From an uncultured Rhodothermales bacterium (GTDB taxonomy: Bacteria; Bacteroidota; Rhodothermia; Rhodothermales; BA12), in NCBI GenBank assembly GCA_965365535.1, contig CBDUCD010000071.1, positions 1 through 10,862 on the forward strand: DNA of 10,862 nucleotides. Direction: 5' to 3'. The notes below the pieces were generated by a model, which was given only the letters and a program-made list of their open reading frames with translations, searched no databases and was not told where the DNA came from. Positions 1 through 7,192 of the stretch are shown in pieces. Numbering within the stretch: the stretch's first letter is position 1; every line of letters starts with the position of its first letter. Position numbers and translations under genes: made by a program.

Positions 1-536
1 CGCTCGCGGCCTGCGCGCCCTCCGAGCCGGCCCCGCTGCCCGTTGCAGATTCCACCGTCGTGTACGTCGTGCGGCACGCCGAAAAGGCCGACGATGGAAC
101 TGCTGATCCGCCGCTTACGGACGCGGGCGCGGCGCGGGCACAGGCCCTTGCCGACACCCTTGCCGACGCCGGCATCAGCGCCGTTTTCGTGACGCCCTTC
201 CGGCGGACAATGCTCACGGCGCAGCCCCTTGCCGCGGCGCGCGGCATCACGCCCGTCGTCGTCTCGCCCGAAGGCGGCGCCGACAGCCTCGCGGCGCGCA
301 CGGCACGGCAGATCCGGGCGCTGCCGCCGGGCAGCCACGTGCTCGTCGTCGGGCACAGCAACACGGTCGGGGCGCTTGTCGAAGCGCTGGGCGGGCCGGC
401 GACGGCCGACCTGCCGGACTGCGAGTACGACACCCTTTTCCAGCTTACCCTGGCCCTTTCCACCCATTTCGACGCGCAGCGGTACGGCCCGCCCTCCGAG
501 GGCGAAGCGTGCGAGATGGCGATGGTCGCGTTGTAA
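1..536 (+). CDS. Histidine phosphatase family protein (SixA/PGAM-like). It is a predicted lipoprotein and is 5'-truncated at the window edge.
   Basis: Reading frame is open from position 3. The upstream in-frame translation LAACAPSEPAPLPV contains a lipobox (LAAC) before the GTG at 60, so the true start lies outside the window. It has the RHAEK catalytic-His motif (VVRHAEKADDG) and a second conserved His region (VVGHSNTVGAL), both typical of histidine phosphatase branch 1. Stop TAA at 534-536. Confidence 0.72.
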   Translation, partial: LAACAPSEPAPLPVADSTVVYVVRHAEKADDGTADPPLTDAGAARAQALADTLADAGISAVFVTPFRRTMLTAQPLAAARGITPVVVSPEGGADSLAARTARQIRALPPGSHVLVVGHSNTVGALVEALGGPATADLPDCEYDTLFQLTLALSTHFDAQRYGPPSEGEACEMAMVAL

Positions 537-551
537 ACCCTTTTTTCGCGC

Positions 552-2174
552 ATGATTTTCCGCCTTCTCGTCCTCGCCGCCCTCGTGCTGCCCGTTGCTA
601 CGGGCGCCGGGGCGCAACCCTTCACGTCGTCCAACCTGCCCATTTTCGTCATCAGCACGGGCGGGCGCGACATTCCCGACGAGCCCAAAATCACGGCGCA
701 CCTGGGCGTGGTCTGGAACGGCGACGGGCAGCGCAACGCCCTTACCGACGCGTTCAACCACTACAACGGCGCCATCGGCGTCGAGCTGCGCGGGTCCACG
801 TCGCAGTCGCTGTCGCCCAAAAAGCCGTACAGCATCGAAACGCGCGACGCGGCGGGCGAAGACCAGGACGTGGCGCTGCTGGGCCTGCCCAAGGAATCGG
901 ACTGGGTGCTGATCGCGCCGTACTCCGACAAGTCGCTGATGCGCGACGTGCTGGCTTATGAAATCGCCCGGCGCACGGGCCAGTACGCCTCGCGCACGCG
1001 CTTTGTCGAACTCGTCCTCAACGGGCAGTACATGGGCGTGTACGTCCTCGCCGAGAAAATCAAGCGCGACAAAAACCGCGTGGACATGGCGAACCTCAAA
1101 ACGGGCGACATCGAGGGCGAAGAGGTCACGGGCGGCTACCTGCTCAAGTTCGACAAGACGACGGGCGGCGAGGTGGGCGGCTGGACGCTCGGGCGGCGCG
1201 CCGACACGGGGCACTCCATTTTCGTGCAGTACCACGACCCCAAGCCGTCCGAAATACAGCCGCAGCAGGCCGCCTACATCCAGAACTGGATCGGGCGCTT
1301 CGAGGCCATGCTGACGGCGCCCGACATGGGCGCGCGCTACCAGACGTGGATTGATACGCCCTCGTGGATCAGCTTTCTCGTCACCAACGAGGTCAGCCGC
1401 AATGTGGACGGCTACCGGCTGAGCAGCTATTTCTGGAAAGAGAAAGACGACGGTGACGTGCAGGGCCGCCTGTTCATGGGGCCGGTCTGGGATTTCAACC
1501 TGGGCTTCGGCAATGCCAACTACTACGACGGCGACCGCACCGATGGCTGGCAGGCCGATTTCCGCGAGGCCGGCGATGGCGCGCAGCCGCCGTTCTGGTG
1601 GCGCGTGGTGCGCGCCGACCCGGCCTTCCGGGCGGCGCTGGGCACGCGCTGGCAGGCCCTCCGCCGGGGCCCGCTCCACACCGACTCGCTCGTGGCGTTC
1701 GTGCAGGCGCAAAAAGCGCTGCTGGACGAGGCGCAGCGGCGCAACTATGTCCGCTGGCCCGTGCTGAACGACTGGGTGTGGCCCAACGCCTACGTGGGCG
1801 GCACGTACGCCAACGAGGTGAACTACCTCGAAACGTGGCTGCGCAGCCGGCTGGCGTGGCTGGACGCCAACATGCCCGCCGCCGCAACAGCCGCGATGCC
1901 CGAAGCCGCGCCCGGCGCCCTCTCGCTGACGATCCTGCCGCAGCCCGCGCGCAGCCAGGCCACGCTGGCCCTCGACGTGCCCGCGCCGGGCCGGGCGCGC
2001 GTGGCGGTGTACGACCTGCTGGGGCGCGCTGTCGCGCAGCCCCTCGACGGCCCCGTCGGGGCGGGCCCCTTCACGCTCGCGCTCGACACCCAGGCGTGGG
2101 CGCCCGGCGTGTACCTGGTGCAGGCGCGCGTGGACGGGCAGACGGCCACGGCGCGCCTCGTGAAGGTGCCGTAG
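552..2174 (+). CDS. CotH kinase-family protein, secreted, with N-terminal signal peptide and C-terminal T9SS (Por secretion) sorting domain.
   Basis: ATG at 552. The N-terminus MIFRLLVLAALVLPVATGAGAQ is signal-peptide-like. The central region matches the CotH pattern (RFVELVLNGQYMGVYVLAEKIKRDKN, WDFNLGFGNANYY). The last 80 aa (LTILPQPARSQATLALDVP...VAVYDLLGRAV...GVYLVQARVDGQTATARLVKV) fit the T9SS C-terminal-domain consensus (VYPNP..., IYD..GR.V, G.Y.V..., KL.K). It sits 15 bp downstream of the phosphatase gene. Confidence 0.85.
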   Translation: MIFRLLVLAALVLPVATGAGAQPFTSSNLPIFVISTGGRDIPDEPKITAHLGVVWNGDGQRNALTDAFNHYNGAIGVELRGSTSQSLSPKKPYSIETRDAAGEDQDVALLGLPKESDWVLIAPYSDKSLMRDVLAYEIARRTGQYASRTRFVELVLNGQYMGVYVLAEKIKRDKNRVDMANLKTGDIEGEEVTGGYLLKFDKTTGGEVGGWTLGRRADTGHSIFVQYHDPKPSEIQPQQAAYIQNWIGRFEAMLTAPDMGARYQTWIDTPSWISFLVTNEVSRNVDGYRLSSYFWKEKDDGDVQGRLFMGPVWDFNLGFGNANYYDGDRTDGWQADFREAGDGAQPPFWWRVVRADPAFRAALGTRWQALRRGPLHTDSLVAFVQAQKALLDEAQRRNYVRWPVLNDWVWPNAYVGGTYANEVNYLETWLRSRLAWLDANMPAAATAAMPEAAPGALSLTILPQPARSQATLALDVPAPGRARVAVYDLLGRAVAQPLDGPVGAGPFTLALDTQAWAPGVYLVQARVDGQTATARLVKVP

Positions 2175-2201
2175 CCCGTCCTCGAAACGGCGTCAAACCA
2201 G

Positions 2202-2239
2202 AAAATCCGGCCCCTGCGCAGTGCAGAGGCCGGATTTTT
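2202..2239. terminator. Bidirectional rho-independent terminator between convergent genes.
   Basis: Perfect 11-bp inverted repeat AAAATCCGGCC (2202-2212) and GGCCGGATTTT (2228-2238) around a 15-nt loop that can extend the stem. The run AAAA sits on the left and TTTTT on the right, giving a U-tract for transcripts from either strand. It lies between the CotH stop (2174) and the minus-strand stress gene stop (2265). Confidence 0.7.
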
Positions 2240-2264
2240 AGCGTCGTGCTTTGTCAGCCGCCGA

Positions 2265-3317
2265 TCAGGTGACGGCGCGCTTGGCGCGGTTGTAGCCGTG
2301 GCGGACGGCGTCCTTCACGTCGTCCCACGCGCTGTCGTCCTTGTAGCGGGTCGAGTAGTCCGACTGGAGGTCGCGCTCGACGTCGTCGTAGTTGCGGTCG
2401 GCGTAGGTGTTGCCGGCGGCGTAGCCGTACTCGTAGGCCGGGCGGTAGTAGTCGAAATCACGACCGGCGGCGCGGTACGACTGGTCGTAGTGCTGCTGGA
2501 AGTCCGTCTCGAAGCCCGCGAGTTCGCTGCGGTCGAGCTTTTCGACTTCGACGCGGGTGCGGCGGACGGTGTCGCCGACGGTTTGCTCGCGCGTCTCGAC
2601 GTTTTTGCCAATCGTGACTTCGCCCGTCACGCGGACTTCTTTTTCGACGACGGGTTCTTCGACGCGCTCGACCATCTCGATGGTCTTTTCCTCGAAGGCG
2701 CCCGCCGCTTCGCCGGGGCTCACGACGCGGTCAACGCGCTGGCGCTCCACATCTACGTGCTCCTCGCGCAGGCGGAGGGTTTCCTCGATGCGCTCCGAAT
2801 CCACGTATTTGTGGACGCGCACGCCGCCGCGCACCACTTCGCGCTTGCCAATTTTGAGGTTCTCCTCGATTTCCTGCATCCGCTGCTGCTGCTCGCCGGC
2901 GTAGCGCTGGCGCTCGGCCAGGCGCTGCTCGTCGGTGAAAGGCTTGGCCGTGCGGTCGTACTGCCCGAAGCCTTCCTGCTGGTAGGCCTGCTTGCGGTCC
3001 TCGAAGCGGACGGGGTTGTAGCGCGCCATGATGTCCACGGCGCGGTCGGCGTCGGTGTCGTGAACGCGGGTGACGACGAGCGAGCTGCCGCGCCGGACGG
3101 CCTCGGCGTAAAAGTGCGCCTCCTCGTCGGCCACGCCGTACTCGTCGAGCGTGTCGAGCAGCTTGTCGGGGTCTTTCATCTCGTAGCCCGTCGCGCCGGT
3201 CGTGTCGTGCGAGGCCACCTGGAGGTGGTCTTTGCCGAAGCCGATTTTTTCGAGGTCGCGCACGACGCGCTGCGCCGTCATCTGGTCGTCGTAGAGTCCT
3301 ACAATGGTCTTTGCCAT
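2265..3317 (-). CDS. General stress protein: N-terminal YflT/GSP17M-like domain, central DUF2382 (YsnF/AvaK) domain, and a Tyr/Asp/Arg-rich C-terminal module.
   Basis: The N-terminus MAKTIVGLYDDQMTAQRVVRDLEKIGFGKDHLQV resembles YflT/GSP17M (IVG.[FY]D..A..A...L...G). The middle region (LKIGKREVVRGGVRVHKYVDSERIEETLRLREEHVDVERQRVDRVV...KEVRVTGEVTIGKNVETREQTV...RVEVEKLD) carries the DUF2382 repeat signature. ATG at 3317-3315. Confidence 0.82.
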   Translation of the reverse strand: MAKTIVGLYDDQMTAQRVVRDLEKIGFGKDHLQVASHDTTGATGYEMKDPDKLLDTLDEYGVADEEAHFYAEAVRRGSSLVVTRVHDTDADRAVDIMARYNPVRFEDRKQAYQQEGFGQYDRTAKPFTDEQRLAERQRYAGEQQQRMQEIEENLKIGKREVVRGGVRVHKYVDSERIEETLRLREEHVDVERQRVDRVVSPGEAAGAFEEKTIEMVERVEEPVVEKEVRVTGEVTIGKNVETREQTVGDTVRRTRVEVEKLDRSELAGFETDFQQHYDQSYRAAGRDFDYYRPAYEYGYAAGNTYADRNYDDVERDLQSDYSTRYKDDSAWDDVKDAVRHGYNRAKRAVT

Positions 3318-3328
3318 GGTACTGATTA

Positions 3329-3354
3329 TGTGTTGGTTGATTGGATAGTGTTAA
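3329..3354. repeat. Degenerate short copy of the GGTTGG-rich intergenic element (TGTGTTGGTTGATTGGATAGTGTTAA).
   Basis: It begins with the same TGTGTTGGTTG as 10254-10264 and continues with a shortened version of GGTTGATGGTTAACAA. It sits in the 55-bp gap between the stop of stress gene 2 and the start of stress gene 1. Confidence 0.35.
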
Positions 3355-3372
3355 AGGCCCGAGCGCAAAGGC

Positions 3373-3933
3373 TCAGGATTCGGGGGCGGGCGGGAGGCGT
3401 TCGACCTCGACGCGCGCGTGTCGGAGGGTGACCTCCTGGTAGTGGGGCACCGTTGCCTGCTTCTTTTTGACGCGGACTTCCTCGCGCAGCAGCAGCTTTT
3501 TTTCGACGACAAGGACTTCCTCGTACACGGGCACCACGAGGGTGTCGCCTTCGTGGCGGATGGGCGCGGCGGCCTCGACAAACCGCCCGACGGGCACGCG
3601 CTCGACTTCGACGGATTCGCGCAGCAGGGCTTCGTCCACCGTCTGCGTCTCGACTTCGACGCGCCGGTGCAGGCGCACGCGGCCCGTTTCGCGGGTTTTG
3701 GTGCCGATGTGCAGGCGCTCTTCCACCTCGGTAAGGGTGGCGCCCGCGAGGTTTTTGAAGGAAAGCGGCAGGTGGTAGCTGCCGTCGGGGCGCGGTTGGA
3801 GCAGGCTGCCGGGCACGTCCACGCGCCGGCCATCGGGCAGGCGCAGCGTGGCGACGGCATCGTGGAGGGGCAGGTCGCCTTCGAGCGTGGCCGTGCCGCC
3901 GTCGTCATCTACTATGATGGGTGGGGTGTTCAT
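3373..3933 (-). CDS. DUF2382 (YsnF/AvaK-type) stress-response protein.
   Basis: It carries DUF2382 signatures: EERLHIGTKTRETGRVRLHRRVEVETQTVDEALLRESVEVERVPVGRFV, then VVPVYEEVLVVEKKLLLREEVRVKKKQATVPHYQEVTLRHARVEVERLP. Its start ATG (3933-3931) overlaps the TGA stop (3932-3930) of the upstream PRC-barrel gene as ATGA, which suggests translational coupling. Confidence 0.8.
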   Translation of the reverse strand: MNTPPIIVDDDGGTATLEGDLPLHDAVATLRLPDGRRVDVPGSLLQPRPDGSYHLPLSFKNLAGATLTEVEERLHIGTKTRETGRVRLHRRVEVETQTVDEALLRESVEVERVPVGRFVEAAAPIRHEGDTLVVPVYEEVLVVEKKLLLREEVRVKKKQATVPHYQEVTLRHARVEVERLPPAPES

Positions 3934-4505
3934 GCCGCGTCGCCGCGGGCGCGTCCGTAGCCGTAGCGGACGGCTTCGCGGTCGCGGCTGTAGGGGCGTC
4001 CGGGGTAGCGCTGGGCGTAGTCGCGCTCCAGGTCGGCCTCGGCGGCGTCGTAGTCGCGGTCGCGGTAGGCGTCGCCCCGCGCGCTTTCGTAGCCGTAGCC
4101 GTAGGCGGGCGCGTAGTCGTCGTAGGCGTCGCCCGTGGTGCCGTACGTGGCCTGCCAGTGCTGGCGGAAGGCGTCGGCGTACTGGTTGGCGTCGAGGTCG
4201 CCCACTTCCTCGCGGCGGACGACGTGGCCGTAGTCGTCGAAAACGGTGACGGAGGCGCCGGCGTCCTCGTCAACGGGAGCCGTCAGGTACACGACGCCGT
4301 CGCCGATGGAGAGGTCGCGGGCGGGGTACTCGGTTCCGTCTTCGAGCACGACGGCATCCACGCGCTCTTCGTCCGTGTTGACGATCATCTGCCCGACGCG
4401 GCCCACCTCGTGGCCGTCGGCGTCGAGGGCGCGGAAGCCGCGCACGTCCTGCTCGTCGAATTTGAGTTGCCAGTCGCTGCTGTCGGAAAGGGGAACGCGG
4501 GACAT
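3930..4505 (-). CDS. PRC-barrel domain protein with Tyr/Asp/Arg-rich C-terminal module, first gene of the stress operon.
   Basis: The N-terminal ~90 aa (DVRGFRALDADGHEVGRVGQMIVNTDEERVDAVVLEDGTEYPARDLSIGDGVVYL) fit the PRC-barrel pattern. The C-terminal ~85 aa align with the tail of the 2265-3317 product (F.QH[YW]...Y..G..D.Y.PAY.YGY...Y.DR.YD..E.DL..DY..RY...AVR.GY.RA). ATG at 4505-4503. Confidence 0.8.
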   Translation of the reverse strand: MSRVPLSDSSDWQLKFDEQDVRGFRALDADGHEVGRVGQMIVNTDEERVDAVVLEDGTEYPARDLSIGDGVVYLTAPVDEDAGASVTVFDDYGHVVRREEVGDLDANQYADAFRQHWQATYGTTGDAYDDYAPAYGYGYESARGDAYRDRDYDAAEADLERDYAQRYPGRPYSRDREAVRYGYGRARGDAA

Positions 4506-4610
4506 GGGTATCGTGGGGTTAAAATGCAGAAAGGGATGGACGGACCGCGCGGCGGCGCCGCGTTGGCCGTTTGTTCACGTATGCGACCGGGAGGCGCGCG
4601 CGATTGATCC

Positions 4611-4632
4611 GTCCGCAGGCGGCCCTGCGGAT
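4611..4632. promoter_or_regulatory. Dyad-symmetric element (TCCGCAGG-cggc-CCTGCGGA) in the divergent promoter region between the stress operon and folP. It is a candidate operator or RNA hairpin.
   Basis: An 8-bp perfect inverted repeat with a 4-nt spacer at 4612-4631. A second small palindrome GGGAT-TT-ATCCC lies at 4681-4692, 11 bp upstream of the folP ATG. Confidence 0.3.
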
Positions 4633-4702
4633 GCTATTCCCTAACTGAACCACACTGTAACAACAAGTCCCGATTAAACAGGGATTTATCCCGCCCTCGC
4701 CG

Positions 4703-5594
4703 ATGCCCGACCCCGACCCTTTCGTGCTCCGCCTGCGCGGGCGCGTGCTGGACTGCCGCCCTTTTGCCGGGCCGCTCGCCACGCGCGGCGCCCACGTCAT
4801 AGGCATCCTCAACCTGACGCCCGACTCGTTTTCGGACGGCGGCCTGATTGCCACGCCCGACGACGCGCTGCGCCGGGCCGAGGCCATGCTCGGAGAAGGC
4901 GCCGCGATGCTGGACGTGGGCGGCGAGAGCACGCGCCCCGGCGCCCCTGCCGTGGCGGCGGACGAGGAGATGCGGCGCGTGCTGCCCACCATCGAAGCGC
5001 TCGCGCAGCGGTTTCCCGACGCGCTGATTTCCATCGACACGTACAAGCCCGACGTGGCGCGGGCGGCCCTCGAACGCGGCGCCCACCTCGTCAACGACGT
5101 GACGGGCCTGCGCCTTTTCCCCCAGATGGCAGGCATCGTGGCCGGTTTCGGCGCGGGCCTCGTCGTCATGCACAGCCTTGAGCGCACGGGTGGCACGGCG
5201 CCCCCGGGCGCCTACGCGGACGTGGTGGAAGGCGTGGCGGCGGCGCTGCACTTTTCGGTGGAGACGGCGCGGCAGGCGGGCGTGCAGAGCATCGCCGTGG
5301 ACGCGGGCTTCGGCTTTGGCAAGACGCCCGAGCAGAACCTCGCCCTCGTGGGCGCGACGGACAAGTTGCGCGCCGCGCTGGGCCGCCCCGTGCTGCTGGG
5401 CCTCTCGCGCAAAAGCACGATTGGCGCCCTGCTCGGCCCACCCGGCGCCCCCGCCCCGCCCGACGCCCGCCTCTACGGCACCCTCGGTGCGACGGCGGTG
5501 GGCGTGCTGCGCGGCGCCACGCTCGTGCGCACCCCACGACGTGCGCCCGACGGTGGAGCTGCTGCGCGTGCTGGCCGAGGCGGCGGGTAGATGA
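4703..5594 (+). CDS. folP: Dihydropteroate synthase (DHPS) with an apparent +1 frameshift in a CCCC run at 5532-5535.
   Basis: GILNLTPDSFSDGG, DVGGESTRPGA, ISIDTYKP, VNDVTG, DAGFGFGKT and LGLSRKS are the classic pterin-binding DHPS motifs. The conserved C-terminus GATLVRT-HDVRPTVELLRVLAEAAGR is only recovered by shifting +1 after 5533 into the frame of ORF 5178..5594 (stop TGA 5592-5594). The unshifted frame gives the nonsense tail PRRAPDGGAAARAGRGGG and stops at 5590. Confidence 0.85.
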
Positions 5595-5596
5595 GT

Positions 5597-5677
5597 TGGG
5601 GGGGATGGCTGGGTTTGTTCAACCATCAACCAACAACCAGCGAGCGAACCACCAACCAACAGCGAGCGAACCAACCC
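5597..5677. repeat. GGTTGG/CCAACC-rich intergenic repeat element in the C-rich orientation, between folP and cdaA.
   Basis: TTGGGGGGGATGGCTGGGTTTGTTCAACCATCAACCAACAACCAGCGAGCGAACC is followed by a near-tandem second unit ACCAACCAACAGCGAGCGAACCAACCC (units about 5627-5651 and 5652-5676). Its reverse complement matches 8166-8205 (CGCTCGCTGGTTGTTGGTTG...GTTGATGGTTG) and 10268-10296 (GGTTGATGGTTAACAAACCCAACCAACC). Confidence 0.7.
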
Positions 5678-5726
5678 GCCTCCCCCGAGCATCGTACCTT
5701 GCCTGCTGCCCCAGCCCGCCGCGCCC

Positions 5727-6533
5727 GTGACCGTATTCGAATGGCTCCTGTCTATCGTCCGCTGGGTGGACGTGGTGGAGGTGGCGCTGGTCGCGTTTCT
5801 GCTCTACAAGCTCTACAACCTGATGCGCGGCACCATCGCCGTGCAGATTGCGGGGGGGCTGCTGGCGCTGTTCGTGATCCGCGCCGTCGTGTCGGCGCTC
5901 GACATGACGATTCTGCGGGCCTTTTTCGGGTCGCTGTCGGAGTTTTTCGTCATCGCCATCATCGTGCTGTTCCAGCCCGAGCTGAGGCGGCTGCTGCTGC
6001 TGCTGGGCCAGAACCCCCTTATCCGCAACCTGGTGCGGCCCGCGGCGGCCGTGGACGTGGTGGACGAGGTGGTGAGTGCGGCCACGCAGATGGCGGCGGC
6101 GCGCACGGGCGCCCTCATCGCCTTCGAGCGCACGACGGGGCTGCGCTCCTACGCCGAGTCGGGCGAAAAGCTGAGCGCCCGCCTCAACGGCGACCTGCTC
6201 ATCACCCTTTTCTACGGCAAAAACCCCCTCCACGACGGCGCCGTGATTGTGCGCAACGGACTCATCGAGGCGGCGCGGTGCATCCTGCCCGTCACGCAGC
6301 GCTCCGACCTCGACCCGCACCTGGGCTTGCGCCACCGCGCCGCCATCGGGCTGTCGGAGCAGACGGACGCGTTCGTCGTGATCGTCTCCGAGGAGACGGG
6401 GCAGATCTCGGTTGCGTGGAACGGCGAGCTGCTGCGCAACCTCAACGGCGAGTCGCTGGGGGCGTATCTTAGCGAGGCGCTGGGCATCGAACGCGCCGAC
6501 GAGCGGGCCGAGCTGGCCCCCGCCGAAACCTGA
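5727..6533 (+). CDS. cdaA: Diadenylate cyclase CdaA (c-di-AMP synthase, DisA_N/DAC domain) with three N-terminal TM helices.
   Basis: GTG start at 5727. The N-terminus VVEVALVAFLLYKLYNLMRGTIAVQIAGGLL matches the CdaA TM region. The DAC motifs are present: GALIAFERTTGL, HDGAVIVRNGLIEAARCILP, LGLRHRAAIGLSEQTDAFVVIVSEETGQIS. Stop TGA at 6531-6533. Confidence 0.9.
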   Translation: MTVFEWLLSIVRWVDVVEVALVAFLLYKLYNLMRGTIAVQIAGGLLALFVIRAVVSALDMTILRAFFGSLSEFFVIAIIVLFQPELRRLLLLLGQNPLIRNLVRPAAAVDVVDEVVSAATQMAAARTGALIAFERTTGLRSYAESGEKLSARLNGDLLITLFYGKNPLHDGAVIVRNGLIEAARCILPVTQRSDLDPHLGLRHRAAIGLSEQTDAFVVIVSEETGQISVAWNGELLRNLNGESLGAYLSEALGIERADERAELAPAET

Positions 6534-6555
6534 CGCGCCTATCCCCCTGCCCCCT

Positions 6556-7191
6556 GTGACCGCCGACCGCTACGCCCGCCGCCGCCTCGCCCTGCTCGAC
6601 GCGCTGCGCGCAAAGGGCATCCGCGACGAGGTGGTGCTGGGCGCCCTGGCGCGCGTGCCGCGCCACCTGTTCGTGGACACGGCCCTCCAGCCCCGCGCCT
6701 ACCGCGACGAGGCCCTGCCCATCGGGCTGGGGCAGACCATCTCGCAACCGTACACCGTGGCCTACCAGACGGCGCAGGCCGAGGTGCGCCGGGGCGACCG
6801 CGTGCTCGAAGTGGGCACGGGCAGCGGCTACCAGGCCGCCGTGCTGTGCGAGCTGGGCGCCCGCGTGTTTTCCGTCGAGCGCCACGCCCCCCTGCTCGAC
6901 CGCACGCTTGCCCTGCTCGACCGGCTGGGCTACCGCATCGCGGCGCACCACGGCGACGGCACGCTGGGCTGGCCCCAGCACGCCCCCTTCGACGGCATCA
7001 TCGTGACGGCGGGCGGGCCGGACGTGCCGGCGCCCCTGCTCGAACAACTGGCCGTGGGCGGGCGCCTGGTGATTCCCGTGGGGCCGCCCGACAAGCAGAC
7101 CATGCAGCGCATCGTGCGGCTGGGCCCCGACCGTTTCGAGCGCGCCGAGCTGGACGTGTTCCGCTTCGTGCCACTCGTGGGCGAGGGGTAG
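6556..7191 (+). CDS. pcm: Protein-L-isoaspartate(D-aspartate) O-methyltransferase.
   Basis: LGQTISQPYTVAY, LEVGTGSGYQAAVL, DGIIVTAGGP and GGRLVIPVG are PCMT/SAM-methyltransferase motifs. The ORF is open from 6412, but that N-extension overlaps cdaA. I chose the GTG at 6556 (VTADRYARRRLALLDAL...), 22 bp after the cdaA stop, which gives a family-typical ~211-aa product. The exact start is uncertain. Confidence 0.82.
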   Translation: MTADRYARRRLALLDALRAKGIRDEVVLGALARVPRHLFVDTALQPRAYRDEALPIGLGQTISQPYTVAYQTAQAEVRRGDRVLEVGTGSGYQAAVLCELGARVFSVERHAPLLDRTLALLDRLGYRIAAHHGDGTLGWPQHAPFDGIIVTAGGPDVPAPLLEQLAVGGRLVIPVGPPDKQTMQRIVRLGPDRFERAELDVFRFVPLVGEG

Positions 7192-7192
7192 C

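Noticed and set aside
60-62. GTG at 60 as the start of the phosphatase gene, as suggested by the ORF track
   Set aside because: The frame is open to the window edge. The upstream in-frame translation (LAACAPSEPAPLPVADSTV) contains a lipobox and looks like the tail of a signal peptide. The gene is therefore 5'-truncated by the window rather than starting at 60.
2298-3431. 377-aa ORF on the + strand, antisense to the stress gene
   Set aside because: This is the typical long antisense ORF of a high-GC gene. Its product is low-complexity (runs of V, A, G, L) with no recognisable domain. The minus-strand frame has clear YflT and DUF2382 signatures.
5178-5594. ORF 5178-5594 as an independent 138-aa gene
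   Set aside because: Only its last ~20 codons are meaningful (the DHPS C-terminus HDVRPTVELLRVLAEAAGR). The rest is an Arg-rich out-of-frame reading of folP. It is treated as the post-frameshift segment of folP.
4634-5692. 352-aa minus-strand ORF overlapping folP, and similar ORFs at 5591-6472, 6998-7975, 7234-8136, 8061-8957, 1598-2272 and 6469-7047
   Set aside because: All are Arg/Ala/Gly/Pro-rich products of off-frame or antisense reading of high-GC coding DNA. They overlap genes with strong family signatures. Several run straight through the intergenic repeat elements.
6412-6555. N-terminal extension of the pcm ORF overlapping the cdaA 3' end
   Set aside because: It would overlap cdaA by about 120 nt and encodes a Ser/Thr/Ala/Arg-rich non-homologous sequence. 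The GTG at 6556 gives a family-typical length and lies just after the cdaA stop.
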